A stretch of DNA of 63,939 bases from Zygnema circumcarinatum SAG 698-1b (Eukaryota; Plantae; Zygnematophyceae): contig CM074804.1 of the NCBI GenBank assembly GCA_037447605.1, forward strand, positions 6,363,909-6,427,847, written 5' to 3'. The position numbers were made by a program, and so were the translations under genes. Of this stretch, positions 1-11,153 are shown in pieces (position 1 is the first letter of the stretch; every line of letters begins with the position of its first letter). Below the pieces are notes generated by a model. It was not told the DNA's origin and ran no database searches. It saw only the letters and a list, made by a program, of their open reading frames with translations.

Positions 1-2031
1 ACACCACCTTCCGCACCGAGTGCTTCCCAGCCGTCCTGCAGTTTGAACGGCGGAGGAAGTGTCCAATAAGTAAAGAATTCGCCTCCTTTCACGCATACAG
101 ACGGAAACTGCCAGTATTGCTGCAGTCCAGCGCTGTTGAACTGATGTGATGCAATTCAGCCTTACGATAGAGATCCCCGGTCTCACCTGTCTCATTTGCC
201 AAGTTCCTTTGAACAACTTGAAGTCGCCCTCCACCATGTTGAACAGGATTTCTCTTTGTGGACCTCTGGGCAGTTCCAGCAGTGGCTCCTCGTCTACATC
301 CACTACTACCCTAGCTCTGAACTTCAATCCGAAGGCCAAGTTTTGGAGGCCCACCTGTCACAATTTTCCCACACATTCATGTCATTCACGACAGTCATGA
401 TCCGTGGGTCGGCGAAGACATTGGTCTGTGATTCTCTTCACTTTGGTACTCGCATTTCTTCACCCCTGTTCGTGACGTAACTTGCTTTTCCTTCTAGACC
501 TGCTCGACCCCTTATTTGTGAACGTAAGAAACGAAGGAAAGCCAATACTGCCTCGCATTTGAAAGGAATCTACCGAATACTTTTTCTTCAAGACTGTGCC
601 TAACCACAAAGCTTTAGGATTTTCGTTTTTGGTCGGCATCAACAACAAGTGTTCGTAATTGTTTTGCCAGGGAGGGGGGTCGTACGGACTGTGTAGTTCA
701 GATGCCTGCATTGACAAAGAGGATTCGAACATTCAAAGCTCAAATTCGTTTTCCTTGCATTGGCCTTACGTCAGGTTCAACAAAATGAAATTCCCTTAAA
801 TGGAAATTTGAGTCATTCTTACGAAACAATTCCCTAAAACAAATGGGTCCATTCCAATTCCCAAGGCATGGCTGGAACTTAACCTAAGAAGGTGATACAA
901 CCCTTCCACATTCTAGGCAAGCGCTACTGAAACTTTTTTGGTGCTAAGTGCCTGCTGTCACACACAGCTCATAGTGATGAGGCCGGCTTGAACAGAAGAG
1001 CATTAACTTACAATTAAAAAACTGCTCCTGTACTCGTTCAGTTACAAAAGCGCAGGCCCCAGAATTGGTAAGCGTTTTCATATCCATGCATCAGCTTACA
1101 GGCTGGCATCGACTTAACCAACCAACACTGCTTGGTCTTTTCAACAACCGCTCCTTCTTCCAAAGCTGGTTAGTAGTTGCAAATTCCTAACTCTTATTAT
1201 TCACACGACTTTTACAAACTCGAAACGCTTCCGTTTAATCATTAAAATGAATTAGTAATCGATATGCCTTTCCGCCGGACATTATCTCGAACCCTACGCA
1301 TTTCCGCATGTGTGTGGGTGACAGGACCCAGGAGTCGAGTCTAGCTCCCGACATCGTTTCACAGTCCGCTCAGTTTTAGAAACTACCCTGAAGGATATCT
1401 CTTACAGCTGGGTAGTTCCAAATAGCTCTGTGCATTTGCACGACGATTGCCTGTTTGAGTTCCTTCAATCAACATGCCGTAATATATGAACAAGATGACA
1501 GTCTCTCGTTATCTTTCCTTTTTCCGTCCCTAAAGCCCGACACCGTTCCCTCTGCACGTGACGCCATGCCTATCTGCTCACCTGCAAGAGTCGTGCTCCA
1601 TTTGGCCGTCTTTCCAGGAGCTCGCTAGCATCAAGATTGGGAATAAAGTCGGCCAAGTGCGCGTAGTCTGTGAGCACCGCCCACACGGCCTCCAGCGGCG
1701 TCCTAACCACGATACTCGCACTCACGCGCCTGCAGTTGGGCCCTACAGCCTCCACCTCTACCTGCAGCTCTGCGCCCTCCTCCTCCTCCTCCTCCTCCTC
1801 TGCTACTCCAGCCACTGCTTCCCGCCCCTCTGGCACCGCCTCTGCCACCCTACCCCGCCCTCCAGCTCCAGCTCCAGCTCCAGCTCGCGCGCTGTGCACG
1901 GCCCCACCCCCGCAGCGCGCACGCAGAGGCGGGGCCCACGCGCAGGACCCCGCAGGCCGCGTGGCGCGCGACACGTGGCCCGGGCAAGGCGACGGCGCGC
2001 AGGGCAGCGGGGCGGCGGCGGGCAGCGCCAT
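1..2031 (-). CDS. Polyketide cyclase/dehydrase (SRPBCC/START-like) protein with probable plastid transit peptide; spliced, 3' end runs off the window
   Basis: Exon 2031-1582 (MALPAAAP...RRVSASIVVRTPLEAVWAVLTDYAHLADFIPNL...RLLQ), exon 354-187 (VGLQNLAFGLKFRARVVVDV...FNMVEGDFKLFKGTWQMRQ) and an exon starting near 35; GT-AG junctions; motifs typical of plant/cyanobacterial cyclase-dehydrase proteins. Confidence 0.85.
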
Positions 2032-2454
2032 GCCCTGCGGAGGGAGGGCGGGAACGAGGGCCGGAGGGAGGGAGGGAGGGAGGGAGGGAGGGAGGGAGGG
2101 AGGGAGGAAGGGAGGACGAGCGGGAAGGAGGGCGGAAGGGAAAGAGGGAGGCTGGCACGGAGGGAGCGAGAGAGCAGCTTCGCCTTCCTCGCCGGCTCCC
2201 CGCCCGCGCGCCTCGCGCTGCCACGCGGCGCCCTGCAAGAGGCGCTCATTCGAGCTGTACGGACATGTTCATGGTGACACGTGGACTACTCCCAGGGCGC
2301 CACGCGGGTGCCCGGTCGGTCAGGTCGCACCGCCAGAAAAGGGCCGTACGGCACGGCAAACGAGCAGGACATGGACCGTCCGTCCGTTGAGATACGGTAC
2401 GGACGTCGGACTGCATCGTCTGCGGGCGGCTCGGGGGTCGGCGCGAACTCTCTG

Positions 2455-2660
2455 TTCGTCTGTCTGTCTGTCGGTATCTGCTTGTCTGCCTCTGTCTGTA
2501 CAGTATATCTCTGACTTACGGTCTGTCTCTGACTTACGGTCTGTCTGTCTGTTTGTCTGTATGCCTGTCGGTCTGCCTGTTTGTCTGTCTTTCTGTCTCT
2601 GTCTCTGCCTGCCTGCCTGAGTGACTGACTGTCTATCTGTCTGTCTGTCTGTCGTTGTCT
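2455..2660. repeat. Degenerate (TCTG)n microsatellite
   Basis: Runs of tctg/tctgtc visible directly, including a short duplicated unit tctctgacttacggtctgtct. Confidence 0.85.
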
Positions 2661-2975
2661 GACGCGCGAGTGCGCGTCGCTGCCGTGGCCTTGGGCGGCG
2701 TGCGCGGTGCGGTCGCGTGGGTCGGGCCAAACGTCCCGAGACGCCACGTGGCGTGACGATGGAGCCAAGCGGACCAACCGCACGCCGGCGCAACCGCTCG
2801 CTCGCTGCCGGCGCGCTGGAGGGCCCCCCGCCCCGCCCCGCCCCGCCCCGCCCCGCCCCGCCCCGCCTGGCTGGCTGGCCGCGGGCAACGCCAGGTCAGG
2901 ACGGGATGCGATGCGCCCGCCCTGCCTACCCCATCACTCACCCATCCCACCCATCATTTCAGTATCTATCATCAT

Positions 2976-3159
2976 GCCATGCCGTACCTTGCCATCCCAT
3001 GCCATGCCGTACCTTGCCATCCCATGCCATGCCGTACCTTGCCATCCCATGCCATGCCGTACCTTGCCATCCCATGCCATGCCGTACCTTGCCATGCCAT
3101 GCCATGCCATGCTATGCCATGCCATGCCATGCTATGCCATGCCATGCCATGCCATGCCA
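2976..3159. repeat. 25-bp minisatellite (GCCATGCCGTACCTTGCCATCCCAT, 4 full copies plus a partial) grading into (GCCAT)n
   Basis: Units at 2976, 3001, 3026, 3051 and a partial at 3076, followed by a GCCAT/GCTAT pentamer run. Confidence 0.95.
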
Positions 3160-3416
3160 CGGTCCAGCCGCATGGGGTTTGCGCCGACCCGGCCGCTTCT
3201 GTAAGCTGCGCGCCAGCGTCGGTGCGGGCGCCACGCGGCCGTGCGAACACGTGTCACGCCCTCCGGCATGGGCATGGCCGCGAGGCGGAGCCATGGCGGG
3301 CGGAGGGTAGGTCTGGGGCCCGCCCCGCCCACCCGCATGGCTCCGGTGCTGCTGTTCCCGCCCGGTCGCTCCTCTCCATAGGCCGCCATGGCCTTGCTTC
3401 CCTAGCTCCGATTGCG

Positions 3417-6028
3417 ATGGAATCAATAGCCTGCAGCAATGCAGGGCCCCAGGCGACGGAGACCGCAGAAGCCTCTGCAGATGTGGACCTGCCAGGGAGA
3501 AAGCCGAAATCAGGCGGCGCAAACCGAGTCGGTGGGAATTTACAGCTCTTTGGCTTGGAAGCTCCGGCCAAGCAGAGCGGTCTTGGCAGTCCGTTGTTCG
3601 TTCTGGAGTGGACCAGATCCGACAACGCCGTAGCAGGTCTTCCAAAGGTCTGCCTGCCTGCTGAGCTTCCTCCTGCATTGCGCCCGCATGTAGCTGTTCG
3701 CGTCTGCGGTTGTTGGCATCCGGTTGTCCTTTCTTCCGAATTCGGCATGCTTGGTCTTGAATTACTCTTTCGCTTTGCTGTTTTTATAATATCCGTTCCC
3801 TTTATTATGAGCATAAAGCAACAGCCGGCTGACGGATGGTGGCTGTTCGGAGTAGTCCGAAAGCTTCATCTACTTGTCTGATCAATTTATAATACATTCG
3901 CAGTAGTCTTGACAAAAAAAACAATCTTAACTGCTACGCTTTTATGGTGGGAGGCCTGCGATGCATTGCGCCAACTTTGTGTGTGGCAAGCCGCACACAT
4001 GGAAAGTGATTGATCCTCTGGGCCTTTTTATGAGCGTGGGGAACCATATGGTGATATTCGGGGAAGTCTTTGTTTACTCTTTTATTGACTACATCACATG
4101 GCTTTGTATATGTAGAACTTGTAGTCATAACATTCACTTGTTCTGAATTTGTATTGTGAAATGTATTTGTTGTCGGTGCTCTGCGGGAGTCGCAGATTGA
4201 CTGGGTGCTTTGCCCGACTTCGATAGAAGATGGAAAAGGAGACCTCGATGATTCTCAAGCAGAGGAGGTGAGTCCAAGAATGCAATTTCTCGATGTTCGG
4301 GGGGGGCAAGCCGAAATTTATGCAGAGACCATGAAGCTTTTTGAATGGTGCTCGAGTATTGCAAAGCATTGCCTTGCTATGTTTTATTAGTGGAGTCATA
4401 TCCTGAGTGGGTCGGGGGTATCAAAGAATTTCAGACGATTTGGAAGAAATGTCCTCATGCTAAATAGCTGGAAGAGACTGAATAGCCTGCCCTCTGCATG
4501 ACTCCCGAACTGCTTGCCAGTGAAGTATCAAGTGCAATCCATTCATTTTGTTTTATCCTGTTACTTGTCCTGGAGGGGCAGCCTTTCAGAATCAGAGACC
4601 ATCTCAAGTACTTGCGGAGATCTAAAGCCAAGGTAGGACGTTTTTGCAGGCCCATGCTTCATCTCGGAATGAATTTTACTTCGAAAGAGACTTTCCGACC
4701 AAAAAATTGCTAGGAATACGTGTCGTGCTTCATGCTGCTCTCCGTCCCTGATTGCCTCTGTCCAGGTCAATACTGGGGAGTCGACGGAGCCTGCATGTCA
4801 CAATCAGGGTGCAACCACGAGCTGTGTCGAAACAAGTGCAGGTAGGCTAATGTGCATGTATGTGGTGCTTTTGACGAGCCTAAGTCAATCGATCACCGAA
4901 AGGATGGCTGACGAATGGATAGTCGCCCATTTGCCTTCCTTTCTCTTACTCTTTTCCAATTCACATGGGTTATAAAACCAATGTACTTATTCGCCAGAGA
5001 GCGCACAGATTGATAAAGTGAGAAGTAACCTGTTTCGAAGTAGGCATATATGCTAAGATATATGTTCGCAAGACAGACTTTCAGTTTCCAAAGGTCACTT
5101 CATTCATCATTATTCTTCAATGTTTACTCTTTTATTTCTGCCAGATCCTATGTGTGCTAGAAATACTCGGAAGGGGATTGCTAGGAGGAGGATTCTTCCC
5201 CCATCACAGCTCACCCAGCATCAGCTGAAGACCGAGTCTTTGCAACCAATTGGTTTGCCTCCAACCAATCGAACAGTTGCTGACGACAAGCGTATCAAAA
5301 TGGAGCCTAACTGGGTAGTTGACGATAAGTCTGAGTTGAGTTCAGGTGTAACTAATCAGACATCTCAAAGCAGGAACGCAGACAGTTCCTGTGGATTAGC
5401 TGCTCTTTTTACGAGGTTGGGAGAACTGGCTGCCCGCGATGGGCTTGTGGGACTGCTTGAAGAGGAGGGACCGCATGGTTGCGCCCTTCACATTCACTGC
5501 AGGAAGGCAAAGAGCCGTCTGCGCGTGGCCCCAGAGGAGGTTTTGAGCGAGCAACAGTCCAATGATAGTTCAGTGATAAATGGGGATAATGTAGATAAAA
5601 ACGTGCAAAGGAAGGAGTTCGAATCATGTTCGACGAAGTCAGACCATCTAAGCCCTGAAGTTTACATGCCGGATCGGATTACTGAGGGCCCTACTGAATG
5701 CCTAGGGATCCGAAATAGCTGTTTCGGAAATGGAAGGAGTAAGAACTCGCAGAGTTCAATCTCAGTCTTGTCTGAGGATGCTTCCTCAGTAGCCAAAAGG
5801 CACATCGTAGTGATGGCATGTCATAGTAGCAAAGTTGTGGATTGTGCAGGTGCAGCACTTGCAGTAGAGGAACCAGGTTTCACCGTAGGCGATGAAAAGA
5901 CAAACGAGCGCAGGTCAAAGAGAAACCGCAGTGCACCTTTCTGGTTGGTGCATTATAATGTCGTAGATGCAGTACTGTCAGGTCGGGGAACCCGCCAGGG
6001 GAAACGTGGAATAGGCAGGTCGGACTGA
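3417..6028 (+). CDS. Putative multi-exon protein of unknown function
   Basis: ATG at 3417 (MESIACSNAG...), donor AAG|GT at 3648, several exon-like segments, and a 302-aa terminal ORF (5120-6028); no recognisable domain and the exon chain was not resolved. Confidence 0.45.
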
Positions 6029-7175
6029 GTTGGTGTTTCGCTAAGAGGGGCGTCGGCGGCTTATGAACCGACGCATCCCCTGAGATTGTTCTCAGAGGGT
6101 TTACGAGGTCGGCACCCCGTAGGCGCTGCTGGATGGAGAGGTCTCTTGCAGAGGGCCACGAGGAGGAAGGACTCCCATCCTTCTACACACTCGTTTCTCT
6201 CTTTCGTCCGCACTGCAGGGGAAGTTTTGCTGTCAGGTGTTTCCTACTGTCTGGAGAGAGAATGAGGGAGCGTGTGAGTCTCTTGCAATTCCTTGATGGG
6301 GTCACCAAGAGTGGACGAGAATTCTTTTTGAAAGCGTCCAGTCATTAGCCCTTGAGATAAGAATTCTTGTCCCCTTTGGTGGAAAGCAGAGCAGCTTCTA
6401 GAGACGCTACCACAATGTTTTGTGTTTTTTGTCCATAAATTCAACAAAGCGTCTAAACTGCCAACTTGCCAAAGCCAGACTCATTCAGATGTCGGATGTC
6501 GTTTTTGAGCAGTGACAATGAACCTTTCTGAAGATCTCCCAGTATTATTTCCATCATTTTCTTTGTTGGAGTTTGGCAACACTGAATGCTGTTGTCATAC
6601 ATGGAACGTCGGGCTGAGCTACGATGGAGGACGGTGGGCTAAGAGAGGGACTCAGCTCACGATTGAGAGGGTGAAGGATAGAGAGGGAGACTCGGCTCAT
6701 AATTGAGGGAGAGGGAGAGAGGGAGATTTGAGAATGGAACGGAAAGCAGAAGCGGAGTTGGGGATACCAGGACAGACGTTGAAAGAACGGGCGGGCAGCC
6801 TCGAGCGATTGAGGACTTCAAAAAGAAATAAAGTGATTCAAGAAGTGGCAGTTAGTGGCTACATTTTGACTCATAGAACAGAATAGTCCCAGGCATTTGC
6901 TTGGAATCAGTCGTTGTCATAAAACTCAAAACGAGAGAGAAATGAAAAAATGAAAAATTGCTTCTATCTTGGAAGGGAAAACAATGTTTCCTTCGCTTTC
7001 GCTAACCGACCTAATGAAGTGAAAATCAGTACGCATAGTAAAGAATCCCCTTCCAGGTCAGACTAAATGGCAGATGTCGCATGATAACTTCAAGACGTTT
7101 ATTTATTGTTGGGAAACCCAAGGAGCTTTCATAAAAGAACTTGTTTAAGCTCTGAGCTCCATGTGCACTGCCTGC

Positions 7176-8995
7176 TCATGACATGACCTTCATGAGTTGG
7201 TCATACGAAGTGAACATGATCATGGTGGAGTGGGCGACCCACAGAACCCTTGACGTCGTGCCCCGAACGAATCCGCGGACCCCTTCTGTCTTCAAAATTG
7301 ATTGGAATGCGTCCAGCGGCCCCGAATAGGCAGTTGTGGACGCCACATTGCTTTTGCCCTGCACCTGCAGCCGGGTCTTGACCACATCCTGCATGCCAAC
7401 CTTGGGGGTAAGTGCGAGGAGGCACTTTACAGAAGTGAGAAATGAAAAGTAGGAAACCTTTGCAAGAATGGGCGCCTCGCCTCTCGTGATACGCTCAACA
7501 CACGACAGTCTTTACCATTGAGACGATGCATGCAAGTAGAAGGAACAGCGGGAGCCTCCCACATATGCCTCGCTCAATCGTGAGCCCCCAGCAGTTGGAA
7601 TGAAGATTCACAATTTAAAGACAAATGCAGCAGCTGCCGTTCCCAAATGTGCCTTTGTGAACAGAAATGCGCATCCATATGGGCGCTCATATTTTCTCCG
7701 CCCAGGTGGTGTGCGGTCATCAAAAACTACATGCAGCCGAATCAAGCCTTGCCTGAAAGAACGGCAATGCTACTTCTCCTTACTGGACAAGGATCGTGAA
7801 ACGTTCATGGTCTTGATAAGACATTCTGGCCGGCCGAACAGACGCAACTTCAGAGCAATGGCTCTCAACGTGGGGGTTCAGTTGCTCCAATGAATCACGT
7901 GTCCCTCCCCTCCCCCCCCCCCCTCCCACCCCAACTCACCATAGGGTTGGTGAGTGCTGCAGCAATGGCGCTGCTGCCAAACGATGCCGCCAGCTCATAC
8001 TTCACATCAAGGAGCTTCAGCTGCCTTGCCAGGTACCCCAGCCCCGCCCGCCCAGCAGCCCATCAATAGGCCCGCCTGGAAAGGCGCAGCTGCTTTGCAC
8101 TCTTCACACTCATCTGCTTATGGGCATGTGCGAATCGAAGGCACAGCGGAGGAAGGCAGCCAGCTGTGGTAGCCCCTCGCATCCTAGCTCTGATCATTGC
8201 TGTGCATTGCATGGCTACTGCAGTCGAAAAATAGAAGCCATTCTATTCTCGTATGGTGGAAAGAAGGTTTCTCTCACTGATTCAGCACCGGAGTACCACA
8301 TGCCAAGACGCTTGCTCCCCTCCCACAGTGGCAGGTAGATGGCATTAAAGGGTGCCCACACCAGCTGGGCCCCAATGCAGTTATCTGATGTCATCAAATC
8401 TGCTCTAGAAAAGAACTTACATTTTACAAAGACGTGGGACCATCAGCACGGACTCAACAGATTATGTAAAACAATTTGCTAGGTCCACTCCTCTTCTGGA
8501 GGTCCAAGCTCCATCACCTTGAAGCGTCGAACTCAGTCTATGGCGGCCATGCGGTGGCGAGGCATCACTCACCTGAGTCATGCCAAATCCGCGGTAGAGC
8601 GCTCGCACACCCTCCGCCTGATAAATCTTCCGCGCAGCATCCATGGAACCCTGTTGGCAAGGCAGGAAGGCATCAGCTCATTCGAGCTTCATCTGTAATG
8701 CACCTGTGTCTGGGATGCAGCTGATGGAATTTTCAAACACGAAAAAGTTAAGTGACACAGGTCTGGGCTAAATGGTTCCAAGGAAAGCTCTGGAGAAGCA
8801 TGAGAGGGGAGCGAAATCGCGTGCCTGATATGCGCCTGCTGCAGTCCGTGTCTGCACCTGCTGCCGCTGCCGCACCACCTCCAGCGGCACCATCACCAAG
8901 GACTGCCCGAGGGTGGCCACCACGCCCCCGACAAGCTGCACCAAGGGGCTATCCTCGTCGCCTGTGTGTGAGAGAGAGAGAGAATGAGACAGTTT

Positions 8996-9032
<37 letters not shown>

Positions 9033-10539
9033 CATATCACGCTTGGGGGGTCATGCATAGTACGTGGTTGGGGGCTCTCAAATGCGGACCTTCTGCCATG
9101 TTTGAGGTGACGAGACTCCCCCACCTGGCAGGGCGATGCGTGCCGCCTGATAGGACCCCATGTAGAGGGCCTGCGCAGGCGCCACCTGGACCACTGTTCC
9201 GAAGCCCTGCGCACGTGGCCAAGACGGGGAAGGAGTCCAAGTATTTCAAAATCGTGGCATGGTCATAGGAGTATGATATGCTGCTGATTGCAACCAAAAA
9301 CCCAAATGGAGATTTGAGAACTCTCTGGCTGAGAATATCCCTGTCTCAACAATCTCTCACCAAGTAAAGTGATTAGTGCAAGGAAATATCGCGAGTCTAG
9401 CTGGACTTTCTTTTAAATTTGACGCCTTCCAGCAATACCAGCAAGTGCAGATGAATCAGAAAATGTAAATCTTACCCCTAGAGAGTGCACGGGCACTACA
9501 TCACTCACAGGAATTCCGAAAGGCCCTCACTCGCATGATACATAGTGTGCGGCCACACAAGATTGACGCCTTAGCTCAAGTCAACGGAATTCTCTTTACA
9601 TGGACAAGCAACCCCTCTCCCCCTGTCTCACACACCTTAAAAAGGGTCCTCCAGCCTTCCCGAGCGGCAATCGTCCACATGGCCTGCATGGGGCCGCTGT
9701 ACGCATACGCTCCATGGCGGCTGGCAGCCGCAGCCGCTCCCTGCACCTGCATCCTGCGCACCACCCACGTTACTCTAAAGCTTCACTTGCCCAGCTTGCT
9801 GCAGAGGCGTAATTGTCCGAATACAGTTTGAACAAGCAACGTCCTTTCGTCTGGTCATCGCTTGCCTTCAGAAAGAAGCAACAATGTTCACACCACTTGA
9901 CACTTCAATAAAGCAGAGTCTCCATTCACTAATGAGAGACTCTATCCACTATTCCCTTTCCTGCTGCCTACAGATTAGGCATTCAGAAGAGCAATCTTCG
10001 ATATTATTGCAAGAATAAGACCAATAAACTGAGAGAAGAACCACCTCGCAAGGAATTGGCTTATCCTGCAGATCGAAATGACGGGCACTAAAGTCCTACG
10101 GTGGAGGCCGCAAAAACATTGACAACTCAGTGGCTTTCTTCGATCGCAAAAACAGATTGAGATTTTGCAGAGGGATGTGGGCGCACCGTGACTTAACGGT
10201 CATGAGGGGGTACGTTACAGCATCCGCAAGCATCCCTGCCAGGAAGGAGGGCGGCCAGAAGGGGTATCAGAGAGGCCTACACTGCAAGAAGAGCGAAATA
10301 TTCGGTTATGCAGAGAAATCAGCGGCACCCATTGCAGGATACCATGAGAGCCTGAGTACACCTGCGACTCCGCCTGCTGCCATCTGCTTCAGTAGCAGCG
10401 CCGTTCCCGCCCCAGGCCCTGCTACGCGGCGGCCCCTCCACCCAGTAAGCAAGAGGAAGCAGCAACCTCATTCCAGCAGCAGCGGAGCAGCGCGCCCTTC
10501 CCTCCGCCCTGGCATACCGGAGCTCGCGGCAGAGTCCAT
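7176..10539 (-). CDS. Mitochondrial carrier family (SLC25) protein, multi-exon
   Basis: Carrier signature motifs PLMTVKSR, VPLEVVRQRQQVQ, DVVKTRLQVQG, EGVRALYRGFG, EGVRGFVRG; three-repeat organisation; GT-AG exons. Confidence 0.9.
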
Positions 10540-11153
10540 GGCGGTCGCTCCTGCAGCGCGGGCGCGCGTCTGCCCTAATTTGGACCTCGGGCTGGGGGGC
10601 TGACCGATCGGTACAGGCTCTTTCAGCCAGACCTGGACCGTACAGATGGCCCGTCCATACGGCCACCCTTTACCTCTGAACGTCCAATCAAACCGATGAA
10701 AACTGCCACGTCAGATAAGAATTTGACCCTTTTGGGACCTTTTTGACCTGTGGCTCGTACCCACGTGGAGGGTGTAGACGCTGTGATTGGTGGAAGTTGT
10801 CGGTGGTCAATCACGAAACGGCGAAGCGGCCACGTACCGTACTGACATGGAGGGAGGATGCCAGCTGTGGCGGCCAGCAAGCCAATGAGCGAACGCCACG
10901 TGTGCGCCACGTGATGATCTCTACGCGACACTGGAAATACAGTAGCTCCATGGCTTTAGATCCGGTCACCACGTGTCACGACATGAGAGGTTGGAGGCCG
11001 GCGCCACCGTCCTTCGGGTTCCATGTGCTGGAACTGACCGGACGAAATGTTGAACTGTGCACTTAACTGTGGCGCGCATAGCACGGACCGTTTGCGTGGG
11101 CGCCACGGCGGGGGCGCTTTAGAGGGAGGTCGCGGGCGCGAGGGGGGGCAGCC

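Noticed and set aside
1558-3400. Many long overlapping ORFs (R/G/P-rich, MPCHA repeats)
   Set aside because: By-products of high GC content and microsatellites; only the minus-strand cyclase exon has domain support
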